Shown here: in pieces, positions 14,701 through 28,440 of the stretch | Layout of the letters: every line of letters starts with the position of its first letter | Position numbering within the stretch: the first letter of the stretch is position 1 | DNA from: Catajapyx aquilonaris | Taxonomy: Eukaryota | NCBI GenBank assembly: GCA_000934665.2 | Contig: JYFJ02001774.1 | Span: 1 to 64,000, forward strand | Direction: 5' to 3' | Length of the DNA stretch: 64,000 nt | The notes under the pieces: generated by a model | Seen by the model: the letters and a program-made list of their open reading frames with translations, nothing else | Databases searched by the model: none | What the model was told of the DNA's origin: nothing | Translations under genes and position numbers: made by a program

Positions 14701-16593
14701 ATTGCTTTGGGACACGGCTCCGTGCTGTTTGAGTGTGCTAAACACGAACTTCACGCGACAACTGCGCTACGACTACCTGATCGCAACAAGCCCAAGAGGA
14801 TAAGCCTTGTCTTCTACCAGCACAAGAGCATGAATTATCGCCAACATGGATGGTTCGAATGGGAACGGAAACTGGAGGCTAAGAAGCTGGAGGATCTCCG
14901 ACTCTGTGCTGAGGGGAAGTTGGAGCTGTCCCCCAGAAGACGAAAGCAGTTAGTCAAGGAAGGTTTATTAGTTGAAGCCCCACCCTTGGCCCCACCTTTG
15001 GCCCCACCCCCTCTACCTCACATGCCTAATGCACAAGATTGGACGAACCGACCGTTTGCAGGCGGTGCAATAAGGGAACCTGCAAACGGGACAGGCCCCG
15101 ACTTAGGTGGTGGTTTAGGAGCAATACCGAGAGAGAGTCCAGGGCTTGGTAGTGGAGGCATTAGGGCTAGTCCGAATCCAGGGATGTGCATGAGCACAAA
15201 CCCAGAGGTCAACTCAGGGTCAATGCTAAGGGCAAGTCCAGGGCACGTTGCTGGAGGTCTCAGTCCTGGGGTGTGCAACCCAGATGCAAATTTAAGAGCA
15301 ACCTCGGAGGGCAATTCAGGGACGATGCTGCGGGTTAGCACCGAGCACAACCCCGGAGTTCTCAGGGCTAGTCCAAACCCTGGGGTGTGCTTGCAGGCTA
15401 ACTCGGAGTCGGCATTAGGGGCTAACTCAGGGGGAATGCCGGGACACGCTCCAGCAAGTGTCAGGGCTAGTCCGAATCCAGCAGCATGTCTTAGGGACAG
15501 CCCAGGGCATAACAGTTCAGGTACAATAACAATGAGGTCTAGTCCTGGAGCTAGTGTGCGCATGAGCCCAGGGGTTAGCCTCGGGGCAGCCCCTGTGCAG
15601 GACATGCATCACACGTTGGATCTGAGATCTAATGTTATGCAAGGACCTGGTGTTTTTAGAGAAATGATGCAGGCTGGTCCAGGGTTAGGTCCGGGTTTAG
15701 AGTACAACACGGGAGGGTTTGGTCCGAGAGCTAGTCCAGCAGTCAGCTTAAGACCAAACCATCCTGGAGCTATGCTAAGGCCAAATTTCGATGGGGTTAA
15801 TCCCCTAGGGTTGAGTCCGAGGGCCAGCCCAGACGTGTTACTAAGGGCAAGTCCGGTTGACTCGGGTTTGTTACCGAATTCCATGGGGCTTCCTCTAAGA
15901 ACTGGCTCTGGTAGCGGAATAAGGGCAATGATGCGGTCTAGCCCAAGAGTTGGTCTAATGCTCAGCCCAGGGGCAAGCCCAAGGGCAAACCCCGGGGCTG
16001 ATCTGATGACCAAATCAGTGGTTAACATGCACGCAGCTGCACCGAGGCCAAACGTAGGATCTAATATAGTGCCAAGCCCACCTGGATATATTCCAAGGGC
16101 CAGTCCAGGGGTGAGTCTAGGGGCAAACCCGAACTATGGCCAAACTCCACCAGGATCGATTCTAAGAGAAAGTCCCATGCCAGCCATCAGAGAAAGCCCA
16201 GGTCCCAACCTTGGAGGGTTGGATTCGAGGGTTCCTCTAGGACGGGAGAATTTAGGAGCAAGCCCGGGAGGTAGCCTGGACTTCATGGAAGGCTTAGGGG
16301 CCAATCTGGTTGAAGGCTTGGGAGCAACTCTGAGGGAGAATTTCAGAGCTAACTTGGGATCAAACCCAGGGCCAGACCCTAGAGCCGTCAGTCCATTGAG
16401 CGAAGGACTTGGGGCGACCCTAAGGGAGAGTGTGGCTGCCGGATTTAGGGTGGCTCCGAGGCCTGCGGATCCTAATCTGTTGGATGTGAGCTTATTGAGG
16501 GTCAACCAGGGGGCGAATCCAGGGGCGAGTAACCTAGAGGGAGGTGCAATGTGTTGGGGGAGACCTCAGGCCTTTGCATCCGATGAGAGTTGA
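8760..16593 (+). CDS. Tet: Methylcytosine dioxygenase TET (Ten-eleven translocation family), multi-exon, probably 5'-incomplete
   Basis: In-frame GT-AG exons: 8751-9451, 9509-10395, 11083-11258, 11643-11889, 11968-12302, 12450-12604, 13545-16593. The Cys-rich domain is present ([46 protein letters not shown]). Catalytic motifs are the HxD in [42 protein letters not shown] and [10 protein letters not shown]. Exon 8751 has an acceptor and is open upstream of the ATG at 8760, so further 5' exons (e.g. CXXC) probably lie upstream. Confidence 0.96.
10451..10613. mobile_element. PIF/Harbinger-like MITE in a Tet intron
   Basis: TIRs AGCCTCGTTTACATGTGAGCGATTTGATC and GATCAAATCGCTCACATGTAAACGCAGCT, flanked by TTA/TCA. 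Related copies lie at ~58296, 59257 and 62811. Confidence 0.7.
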
Positions 16594-19500
16594 TGAACCG
16601 GATTCATATCGATTATATTATAAGGGGAAGAACAATTCATTATGCAATACTGTTGAAGGGCTGGGAATTAAATTTGCATTTTTTTTTTAGTGACAGAAAA
16701 ATTAGTAAAATGAGTGTACAGATTTTTTAGCCAATGTGAGAAGCGAATTTACCACTCAATTTTTTTTTTTAAACTGAAAACTCATTCCATTGTTGATGTT
16801 CCAACAACTTAACTTACTGCACTTATAATTTGCAGCCTTTCAATCAAATATCCACACAGCATTATTAATTAACATCTCCGACTATCAGCAAGGAGAAAAA
16901 AACTACTTGTCCAATTTTCCAAGCAATTTTTAAAGTCACGCCCCTACTTTTGAAAGAGAAAAAAATAATAATGGCAGCTGTAATGATCCAATTTTATAAG
17001 CTACAATCCCTGACTATATATTGTTTGTACCAGTGAATGAAAAAAAAATATGAAAAAAAGCAGCAGGTGTAAGGATAATAATAAGTATTTTGAACTACAA
17101 AGTTTTAGATTTAAAGTCGCCCTATATTTAAATGATCCCACCCAAGTCATTTTATAAAGAGCAAGTCGATTTCAAGCATTCCACCAACTGAACAGTATTT
17201 TAAAAAAACAAACTCTTTTCTTTAAATTTTTTTTGCATCAACCATCACTTCTCTCAAAATGTTTTTACCTAATTTTTTAATTACTGACTCTTACCTTGGG
17301 TGGCCTCAGATGTGACCACAAGCAAAGACTGACTTATGAGCTTCATTTAACCTTTAGGCAATTGAATTTATATATAATTTTGTGAGTAATTTTTTTTGTG
17401 AATAGTGAGTGAACGGAGCGGGCCTAATTGTGGGCCGATCAAGTTGCAGCTTTTGGGTTAAATAATATCTGTGATTTTTCAACAGTATTCTAGATCTTGC
17501 GCTTGTGTTTGGCAGTGTGACAACTAATCAAAACTCGGATTCATTTGAATCTTCAAAATTTTAAGCAAAATTGCAATTTGGGTGAACATGACGCTTCAGA
17601 AGGTTTATTTTTTCTTTCTCTGAATTATAATATGTTAACTTTGGGCCACAGTAATTATTTTTGAGAGTGGTTGGCTTGATGCAAAAAGGAAGAAAGAAGG
17701 ATGTAATAATGATCACGATTAAGGAAAAAAAAATTGAAGTTTCGATCAGAACCACTTTTTTGAAGGTGTGCCTTCATTTTTTGCCATAGCATGTTGATAA
17801 AAAGAAGAAGAAGAAGAAGAGAGGGACGTGTAGTAGTCAAAATAATTTCCCGTGGACAATGAGATGAATACAGTTCAGTATTTTTTAATTAACCAATTTG
17901 TAGCAAGATAGACCTCTATTTGTGTGCACTGTGGAGGGATGAAAAAAATATGTGACATTTTGACACTTTTTGAAAAAAGGAAAAAAAGAAGCTGTCGGGC
18001 ACGTGAGCTCGCAGCGCCACAAGACTGATAGGAAATAAGTGACTACAGAAAAAAAAAATATTTGAAAGTATAACTTCATTTTATTATTTATTATTTTCCC
18101 ATCATAAACTTTTTTGCACCTCATTTTAATCGCTGCATGGATTTTTAAAGTAGTACCCATATGTAATTTTTTTTGTTTGTACATGTGTGTCTACTTGGTA
18201 TCACATTTTTCAAGGAAAAGAATAATAATTCGTGTCGCAGGTATAGTTGTAGAAGTTTCCCCCCAAATCTCATGGATGAACGATAAAGGAGTGCATGCTT
18301 TTCATAAGTGAATATGTGGGCCATGAATTGTAGGGCAACTCCAAGTTTTTTACTATTTAAAATAATAATTTAAAAAAAAAGAAGGAAATCTGTGGGATAC
18401 AAATGTCCACTTTCGATATGAAATGACTCAGCGATTTTTCAATAGGAAAGATTGTGCCTTTTCATTGCAAATAATCACGCAGCCCCGTCTTGTTAAAATG
18501 ACTACACAACCCATTTCAAGACAAATAAATGTGAAACTAAACTTATGGCGGGGTTTTTTTCCCAAATATTCATCAGACTGGGCTGGTTTGTAAAAGTAAA
18601 ATAATGATAAAATAAAATAAAATACAGTAGGTTCTGCTTGCAACAAACCCTTACACATCACATTTTATTGCCCTTTAAACATCTACAAATTTTAACAAAA
18701 AGTTGTGAAGTTATTTACAAGTGGAACCTACTGAGAGTGCAAAATTATTGTACATCAGCCTGTAAGACAGGCCTCTGTAAGACTGCAACAATTTTATTAC
18801 TGTCAATTTTTATTTTGGGTGGGGAAATTTATTGAATTTTTTTTTTAAACGTAAAGAAAACTATGCCTCCATGAAATTATATTTCTTATTATAAAGCCAG
18901 GTTGACCAGATAGTCAGGCTATTTATTGCCCTCATGCTCATTCCTTGTAGTCATGTTTTGTGTTTTTTTTTTTTTTTGTATTTGTAAAAAAAGTTTAATA
19001 TATTATAGCCAGCAGTGTTCTACAAACCTACTTTAACCTAGTCTAAACTGGCTGGGGAACATAATTTTTAAAACAAAAAGCCAGAGAGAGAGAGAGAGAG
19101 AGAACATCAATGCTTTGTTTTCAAATGGATCTCATCACAAATATTTTTTTGTTTGTTTTGAACATTGGCTTAAAGCAAATGCTGCATTTATTAATTGCCA
19201 TGAAGTAGCTACCCGAGAGGGGCCATTCTTGAAATTGAGCGACACATGAAGACAAAACAAGCGAAGAGACTGCAATGGTTGTGCGTTTTTATTATTATCT
19301 CCAACTCAAAGATCAAAAAAATAATAACAATTAATGACAACCAATTTTTTGAATGGCCCTTTCACTGCCTATGTACCACCTTATTTGATTTAATTTTTTT
19401 CCTCATTATTCCCATTTGACTTCCCCTTCACTTCTGACGTTCATTTGAGTAGTGACAACGCCACAAGGTCTACAAGAAGCATGGAAAAAAAAAATATTGG

Positions 19501-22500
19501 GGGATTTTAATCAGACGCGAGGGAAACGGAAAAGTCTGATCAGTATATTTATGTGAGAAACTTGTAAATAGGTACAGGCTCTTTTCTTTTTTTTCTGTTC
19601 CACTTTTTTTTTTAATTAATTTCTTTACGCTTTGCACACTTTGTAAGCTGCTTTATATTCACTCTCAGACCCAAACGGGATCTGGAATGTGGACTGGAAA
19701 ATCAATGTTTGTTTATGTAGCGGAAATGGGGAGTGAATTTTGAAGCATCACGTGTGCAATGCGAAGATAATGGGTGAAAAAGAATTAAGCCTAAGAGTGT
19801 GTGTCCATCTTATATGACAAGTACGGTAAGGCATGTAGTATATAAGACGAAGCGAGTATTTCCAATTCTTTATATACAAAAAAATAATAATAATAATAAT
19901 AATAATAAATGATTGTCGGGCGTGATGTCTAGAGAGATTCCTGACACGGAGTTTATATCCACTTTTTCATACTATGGGAGACGAGTCAATTTGCAAACTG
20001 CCTTCTTGTCCCTTTTTCTGAAGACCATTGTCTAATAATGTTATTATAACTACGCAAGTGTAAGAGGGAAGGAAAATCTGAGATTTTTCCCACCCTCAAG
20101 TGTTATTTTCTGGTGACAAGTCGACACTTTTTGCCGATTGAGGGACTCTTTGATCCTATACACTATCATTGATATGCTCACACCAAAGTACAATTTTTAT
20201 CAAGGATTTAAAAAAAATGACATAATAATAATCAGACCATGGCCTTTTTTAATTTTTTAAATATGTGGTCAGTTTCCCATCCCAGAACCCCTTCCCTACA
20301 CCCACCAGTTGCGAGAGTTAAAATGCAAGTGCACATAGGTTGTTCCAATGCAATGATTACTTTCAATGCAACCTCTTGGTCGCATGGTCACCCAAAGTTC
20401 TTCCATTTTCACGCTTGTGAGTTGGACAAAAATGGTTGCACTTTGGACATCGGAGATTGCATTGTCTTGAACCGTGCAGCACTGGGAATGCAACAAGTGC
20501 GCTTGCATTTTGCTCTCATCAAATCTGTTACATATTGGGGAATCCAAGAGAAAGAGAGAGAGAAAAAATGGGTAGTGGCATTTATGGAAAGGCTGAGTTT
20601 TTGTGTGCCAAGGAGACATTTCTTGTGATAATGTTTTTCGTGGAAAGAGGTTATAATACATGTCAAAACCTGTTATATACATGGATGCCTTTGATACAAA
20701 AAGAAAAGAAAAGAAGAAACCGAGTATGTGTGTGTGTGTGTTTTCTCACCTGTGCTTCTGTTTGACTGAGTGATGCCACTATGCATTTGTAAACGACCCC
20801 CCAATCAAACCCTAAAGCTGACTTCTGAAGCCTTGCTTTTCTGATCGCCACAACTATAAGTTGTTCAGCAATGTGACTAGCTTGTGAGTTGTGATGGTCC
20901 GAAATCGCATCACTTCCGTCGTTGGCAATGTTTGTTCCCTTTCCCTCCAATTAATTTTTGAACCCCCTTTTTTTTCCTTCTTAGACAATATCATATAATT
21001 GCTTGTTTTTTGAGGACCAGATTCAGTGTGTGTCCTGCATTGTACGAGTGTATGTTGCCTTGCTGGAAGATGGGATTCTGTAGGAAAAATACTGATCAGT
21101 CCTTCCCAAATTCAACCCCTCCAAATAATACTGAAGATAGAAGCCATACCCCCCTCACCCACCCAACAAAACAGCCGATTTTATTAGTCATTTTTTAAAA
21201 AAAGAGACGTTTGTAATGACAGTGAAAGTGTGTTCAAGAATTTATCACAATATTCAATGTCCAGGGAGTAAGGAAGGTTATTTATATAGCGTGTAAATAT
21301 ATTTTTTGAGACTGCATGGATCCATTTTTTTTTTGTCATGTCAACGTGTGGTAGTTGATGCCATGATTTTTTTTTTTAAAGAGAGAGAAGCGAAAATAAA
21401 TGGTATATGATCATAATTCCCAGCATTTGGCAACTTGTACAAAGCAACTACACCCTCCCAAGATTTTTTACAAAATGTTTCAGGAATGTCCTTTTTTATA
21501 TGAGTTTTGTGACCAAATACTGAGCTCGGAAAGAGCTGCCCCTTCGCTCCTTTTGACAAACAAAATATTATGTGAACTTTGTTCATTTGTAGCTTATAGA
21601 CTGTAGTCATCTATGGTAGTAAAAAGAAGAAGAAGAAAAAAAAAGTGAAAAGGATTTTAGAGCAACCCAAAAAAAAAAGTACTAATGTAGGAAACCATGC
21701 ATACCTGTAATTGTTTCGTGTGAATATAGTACCATTTTGTGAATAATAATGTGTCTTGTTTCATTTTTTTTCCACATTCTCATTTCAGTGGAATAGTTTC
21801 TGGCCATTCTGCTATACCCAACACCATGTAATGCATCCAAACTAACACAATGTTAGTGCCAAAAATGGTACCGTCGGAGGGGGAATATACTGTTTTGAAG
21901 GTTTTTGCTCCCCATTAAAATATTGCATATGAAGTAAATGCGAGATTTCAAAACCATTGCATGCAGAAAAACCTATGTAATTGACTGATACCTATAACAC
22001 GAACTTTGCTGTTGTCAGATAAATGTAGTACAAAAACACAGCATTTCGTCGGTGCTCATGCAAAACCTCGTATCTCCTGCAAAAACCAATGGAATACGAG
22101 GTTTTGCACGATCACCGACGATTTAAATAAAGTGTCAAGCGAAACATGGTCCCTGTCACAGGACAAGGAGAGGAGAAGGCCCAAACAGAACCTAAGATAG
22201 GTCATAGGTTCGTGATAAATCAAGCGCAGTGGACTTAATGATCATATAGCGGTAATTTGCCCCATTTAATGCCCAACAAAACATAACACACACATCCTTG
22301 ACCTTGCATCTGCTTTTTCAACACACCATGGCATATGCTCGTAATCCCCCTTCCTTTACCCGTTGCATCCAAAACATCAACTAAATAATACCTTGTCATA
22401 ATCAACGAATCAATCCATACATAACTCACCTTGCAACAATGGACTCCAGAAATAAAGAACTTTCATGATGCAATAACGGGGGAGGATCGGTTGCACAAAT

Positions 22501-23576
22501 TCCCTGAACATCACACTTTAAATATCAGTATCAGCAGCTCCTCGGACACCTGCACATCGTGAAGCTCAAAAAGGGAGAGAGTTCAAAACAAAAAGGGGCT
22601 GTTCAAGCCAGGTCAGATAACTCGGTCTGATGGGAAGGCAATGGCCCCATTGTCACATCCAACTGTGACAGTCCCCCATTTTTTTCCCAAATCGTGCACA
22701 AAATGCAATGTAGTGCAGAATTACTAAATTACCGGCCCCCAGCAAAACCCTTCGACGTTCAAGAGACCCATGCTGCACAGTAAATAACAAGCTTGCATTT
22801 TGGGAAGAAATATTTTTATAACTCGAATCAAAACACAAACCTATTAGTCGCAGCTGAAACCTGAAAGATCGTATAATCATCATCATCATGACAGCAGTGG
22901 TCAAGGTTAAGCAATGCTCTGCATCAATTAGGCAATGTTGAGTATGGTGAAGTATGGGCCACGGAAGATGTTCGCAATGAAATGCGCTAAAGTTTTCTTT
23001 ATTTCATACACATACATATCAATATAACTTTTTTTTATTCACATATTACTCTCTGCTTCTGGAACCTGGACTGGCACTGTACATAAACATAAAGTATTCA
23101 CCACCACTGAATAAATTTGCGAAAACAAAAATAACCATGCGTACAGTACATGTACCGTAGTGCTTGTATTTTGTGCAAACAAAAATTTCACACACAACAA
23201 AATTTTTGTGGGACAAAATTCTACATGCAACAAACAAGTCAAATTAAACATCAAAAAAATACTGAACAGATATTTCACAACTCTGACATTCAACATTTCA
23301 CTGACATCTTCTATCTAAGATTGTTCTTTGCCATTTATTTTATTTTTTACACATGTCATGTAAAATATGAAGCAAAAATCTGTCTTTCTGCAAATAACTC
23401 TGCTTAATTGCTCAACATGTAGTCTCAACGAGTTAAATACTTTCGCCATATTATAACAACAGATGTAAACATTGTCAACTATTTTATTGAGAGCAAACTT
23501 TTGCTTGTGTGCATAAAAACAAGGCGCAGTGCATACATATGCAACCTAATTATTATTCTTTCTCAACATGTTTGAC

Positions 23577-24565
23577 CAGGGTTGTGAACTGAACCAAACC
23601 CTTGCTCCGTGAACCCGATATCATCGGAGCCGCTCCGGAGCGAGCCTCGGAGCTTGGTTCGCGTTCAAGCGGGTTCAGGAGCAGAGTGGAGCCAAGGTCG
23701 GAGAGGGTCCGGAGTTTGGTTGGGAGCTTGCCAGCTTGCTCCGGAGTTTGGTTCAGGCCAACGGCTCCGGAGCTGAACCCGGTTCCGGAGCAGGTTCGGA
23801 GCGGTTCACAGCTTGGTTTGGTCATACATACCAACTCAACGGGTGGAAAGGCAGAAAAACCTGTGGATTTACTCCAACGTATGCGTCATGTTTTCATGCT
23901 GGCAGAATGACATTTCCAAGCACCCGCGATACAGGGTGTACCGCAAATGTCACATTTTCATGTCATACGCATTTGTTGCATGCCAATTTTTATGCCATAT
24001 GCATTTTTGTACGTTACAACATGTCATACACATTTTTTGTATGTCACATTTACATGTCATACCAAGAGCTAACGGTCATACGCATTTGCTCTATGTGACA
24101 TTTTCATGTCATACGCATTTTTTGAATGTTACAATATCATATTGTAACATACAAAAAATGCATATGGCATAAAAATATGACATTTGTGGTACACCATGTA
24201 TCGCGGGTGCTTGGAAATGTCATTCTGCCAGCATGAAAACATGACGCATACGTTGGAGTAAATCCACAGGTTTTTCTGCCTTTCCACCCGTTGAGTTGGT
24301 ATGTATGACCTAACCAAGCTGTGAACCGCTCTGAACCCGCTCCGGAACAGGGTTCAGCTCCGGAGCCGTTGTCCTGAACCAAACTCCGGAGCAAGCTGGC
24401 AAGCTCCCAATCAAACTCTGGACCCACTCCGACCTTGGCACTCTGCTCCTGAACCTGCTCGAACCCAAACCAAGCTCCGAAGCTCGCTCCATACCCGGCT
24501 CTACTGCTCCGGAGCGGCTCCAATGTTATCGGGTTCACGGAGCAAGGGTTTGGTTCACAACCCTG
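23577..24565. mobile_element. ~990-bp foldback element with CAGGG termini (hAT-like, non-autonomous)
   Basis: Ends are CAGGGTTGTGAAC and GTTCACAACCCTG, with ~400-bp inverted arms. The arms carry repeated GCTCCGGAGC sub-repeats; the centre has CATTTTCATGTCATACGCATTT repeats and the hairpin ATGTTACAATAT-C-ATATTGTAACAT. The 8-bp flanks TGTTTGAC and GATTTGAA match only partly. Confidence 0.8.
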
Positions 24566-26145
24566 GATTTGAAAAAAAAAAAAAAATGTGCACAAATTTT
24601 TACTAAATCCAGTGAGATCACAACCATCAAAATCAATTCTAATCTGGAGGTAAATTGGCATCATATTCAAGGTATATTGACATGAGCTATGAAGGATTTC
24701 GCTTACTAGGAAGATGTATCATTGCTAGTAATGTAAATATACTTGTATTTTGCACTGGAAAGCATACATGTATTAAATGACAGGATGGTCCTACTTTGAT
24801 TAGTTCATCAGCATCACCAAATAAAATCTTTCTAGTTACACAGAATCGTAACTACAAAAATTATCATTGAAGTTACAAGTAGATAATGGTTCAGAAAATT
24901 TCCATGCAAACACTGCAAAAGCGACATGAGAATCTACTGATCGCTTCCTAGAACCAAACATGAAATCCGTCCATATCTCTGTTGTGAGTACCTTTCTGAT
25001 GCTAATTACTTGGAATGGCAAATTTTGTCATTTGCGACAATAAACAAGCAAGGAATTAAAAACTCACACTGATTGTAAATGCATCTCGTTTACAACAATA
25101 ACCATCAACACATGAAGTCTGCCACAGGAAAAAATGTAATGTAGCATAACAACCATTTCATATGATTAGCCAAACTCTTTCTTAGTCCTTCATAAGATGA
25201 AATTTTCAGAACATAAACTATACACACTAAGCTGTGTACGGTTTCTACAATTTGTCTCTTCGACCTCTACTGTCGCTAAACTGTTAACAGTTGGGGATAA
25301 CAATTGTTAATTGACTGTCTTTGGACCATTGACCCTGCTGAAGGAAAAGTGCTTCCTTCAAAAAGACTACCGGACTTCAGCACACACAACATTAAGCGAT
25401 GTGCAAAAATTTTGACATTCACTTTGGAAAGCTGAGCAATTACTAAAAATGGCGTTATCAGGTCAAGGGAAAAAAATCATTGATTATACACTGTCATAAT
25501 CATCATTTTTTTTTGCATCTTTTAAATATGACTTCATTATAGCACCATAGTCAAAGCCAAAAGAAGATTAAAAACTTAAAAAGTCCCTGTCCCTTTTGGC
25601 ACAAATATACCAAAAACATACATAAAAATAAAGTGTACTTTTTGGAAATTGTCTTTAAAATATGTGTTAAAAAAAACTTGTGCGTATAGAAAATAAAGGA
25701 GAGGCAGAAGACTTGAGGTAGCAGAAAAAAAAGGATTCTGAGGAACGAAAAAAAAAATACAGCTTATCTTGGAAGAAAAAAAAAGGGGGGGTCTTGGGAG
25801 TCCACAAATACATTGCACATGCACGTCCTTTCCATCGTCTAGCTAATGAAGAGAAAATAAATAAAAAAAAAGAAAGGGCTGTGAAGTGCATCTAAACATA
25901 CATTATTTCCTCCCAACTACCACTTCTCTAAAAATGGAGGCTCGATTTGAGTGTACAGGGTGTCTAAAAACAAAATTAAAACATATATATACGTTCTTCG
26001 CACAGGAGGAAAAGTACTCCTTACTCTCTCTCTCTCTCTCTCTCTTTTTCTCTCGTGCCAATAACTTCCTTTTTTTCTTTTTTTGTTTACACATTACCTC
26101 TGATCACAGACACTGCTCTTGTTTTTTTACTCGTCCTTCCCACTT

Positions 26146-28440
26146 TTACATCTTCAGAATCCCTCTGGACATTAGGGAGTCTCTCAGAGAATTGTACAAC
26201 TGCAGCTGCTGCTCAGGCTTCAAGCTGAAAACCTGCGACATAAAGGTCTGCTAAAACATTTCGCGGACAACATGAAGAAATGCAATACACATGTCTTAAA
26301 TTTAACGCAGCGCTTACTTTGGCTGGGTTGCACCGGCTCCTGGAAAATTTGTCTGGCCGAAGAAGAGCCAGGATAGTTTGTTATTCATTGTTGACAACAA
26401 TGAATAACAAACTAACCGGGAGCCGGTTCCTGGCCTTAGTATCTGGAATACGGAGCTACAAATATACCTGCTGCAGCAGCTTCTGCGGTGAAGAGGTCCT
26501 GATGAAGCTTGAGATGTACACATTGACAAAAGTGGCCATCAGGAACTGGCAGTCAAAGCGGTCCATTATCCCACCATGACCCGGAATCACATCGCCAAAG
26601 TCCTAAAGGTCAGTCCGCACTTGTCATTAACTTGTCCAATGCCATTTACCTATGTTACGTTACCTTGATCTTGAAGGCTCGCTTGAACCCGCTGGCAAAG
26701 AATCCTCCAAAAGGTCCGATGACGCTGCTGAACACTGACATGGATAGGGAATGGAGCAGGTATGGGTACATTGTTAAGCTTCCACTCATGCCCAACTGGA
26801 AAGTGATAAAATACGATAATGAAAACATATCTCAATGAAACGTACCAAGTTGCATTTGATACGAAGACCAGACTTACTGCTCTGAACATCCCAGACATGA
26901 AGGTGGGCAGCACATACACCTGCGGGCGGAATAGTGGGGATGGCTCACAGTCGAGGCTTACGTTCCCAATGCCCTCGTCGTATTCCACTGGGCACACAAA
27001 ATACGGGTACTGGCACATCACGTATGAGAGCTGAAATGGAGCAATGAAAAAAGGTCACATTTTCATGACAGAAACACAATTTTAATGGTCACATCACTCA
27101 TAAATTGGAGATGAATTTACTCACGAGCAATCCAAAGAACACCGTGGAGATACCTCCTCCAATGAACCCCTCCCAGGTCTTCTTCGGACTTAATTTAATG
27201 AGTGGAGTTTTCCCAAAGAAGAACCCAAACATGTATGCCATTACGTCATTGCACACCACCATCGACACTGGAACTATGAACCTGCAAAGCAAGTTTAGAT
27301 CATTCCAAGACAATGCTTTAAAAGAGGTCCCAAGAACATCCCGACAAGTCGTATTGTTTCTACTGACCAGATTAGACCCTCGAATATGTTCTGTATGATG
27401 AGGTACGACTGCGTGACCACAATGAGGAGGGCCACATGCGTCCAAGCAAAGAGAGAAAACTGCTTCATGTAGTACTTCTTGACCAGAGAGAGAACAAACC
27501 ACACAAAGCCCAGGATGTACAGGCAGAAGGAAAAGAAACGATGGTACGTCACCATCCAGCGAAGAAAATCCTGATGGAATCAAACATAAACAAATCTCAT
27601 TTTTCTGAAAAGTGTACTGCAGCAATTGGCAGGAAGCTTCTATTTCAGCAATACTCACGGTTCTGTTGATGATGAAGTTAAAGTAATCAACGAGGCTCTC
27701 CCCGTAGAAGAAGTAGTTGGATGTCATCAGGAAGTACCAGGAGAGCGACCGGAACCACGGGAGACCATGGATGCGATACACAGAGTACCCAATGCTTATT
27801 ATTTCCGCAAAGCATTGCACCTGAACAACCAGGGTCTGGAAAGGAAACAAAAGTAGGTAATTACATTTAAAGTGTAATGAGCAAATTATTATAGGTCAAA
27901 GGCAATATCAAATTACTCACAACAACCATAAGTCCTAAAGGACCTATGTATATCAGGATGCAAAATCCTATAATTAGTAGCCAGGTAAAGATGCCTCTAA
28001 TTACCCAGTTGCGCCATCTGAAGTGACAAAAGAAAGAAAAAAAACATCAATTAGGTTGCAACACAGCACACAAAGTGACTTGTAATTAACTAAGACACGC
28101 CAATGGCTGTCTACCTGGCCGGCAAAGCTTGCAGGGCTGAATCTAGAACATCTGGAGTCCTGTCAGTTCCCTGAGGAATTGACGCTGCCATTGACTCAAT
28201 CTCGTGTTCTCCTGGCAGTTTGTCATCTTCCGAATCCAAATCTTCTCTCCCCTCCATATCTCCAGCCTAGAACGAATGTCATTTGTAGTAAACCAGCACT
28301 TGCATGATTCGGTCTAAAACTAATTACCAACTTGATTACGTTCACCTTGAAAAACAGTGCACTGTACTTACTCTGTCACTCTCGGGAGCTTGATCATCGT
28401 CCCTTGCTCCATCCACAGTTCTCTTTCTAATCTCTGACAT
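26146..28440 (-). CDS. Cds: Phosphatidate cytidylyltransferase (CDP-diacylglycerol synthase)
   Basis: Exons: 28440-28372, 28266-28115, 28017-27921, 27835-27659, 27570-27368, 27281-27125, 27030-26878, 26795-26664, 26602-26468, 26232-26146, all GT-AG and in frame. Motifs include [52 protein letters not shown] and [29 protein letters not shown]. Confidence 0.97.

Noticed and set aside
15018..16505. Long antisense ORFs opposite the TET tail
   Set aside because: They are shadows of a repetitive coding exon with no independent motifs.
23940..24185. Possible CRISPR-like repeat-spacer array
   Set aside because: The repeats are degenerate, irregularly spaced, inside a foldback element, and there are no cas genes.
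23553..24670. Mirror-image ORFs on both strands
   Set aside because: They are artefacts of the inverted repeat; no transposase motifs are present.
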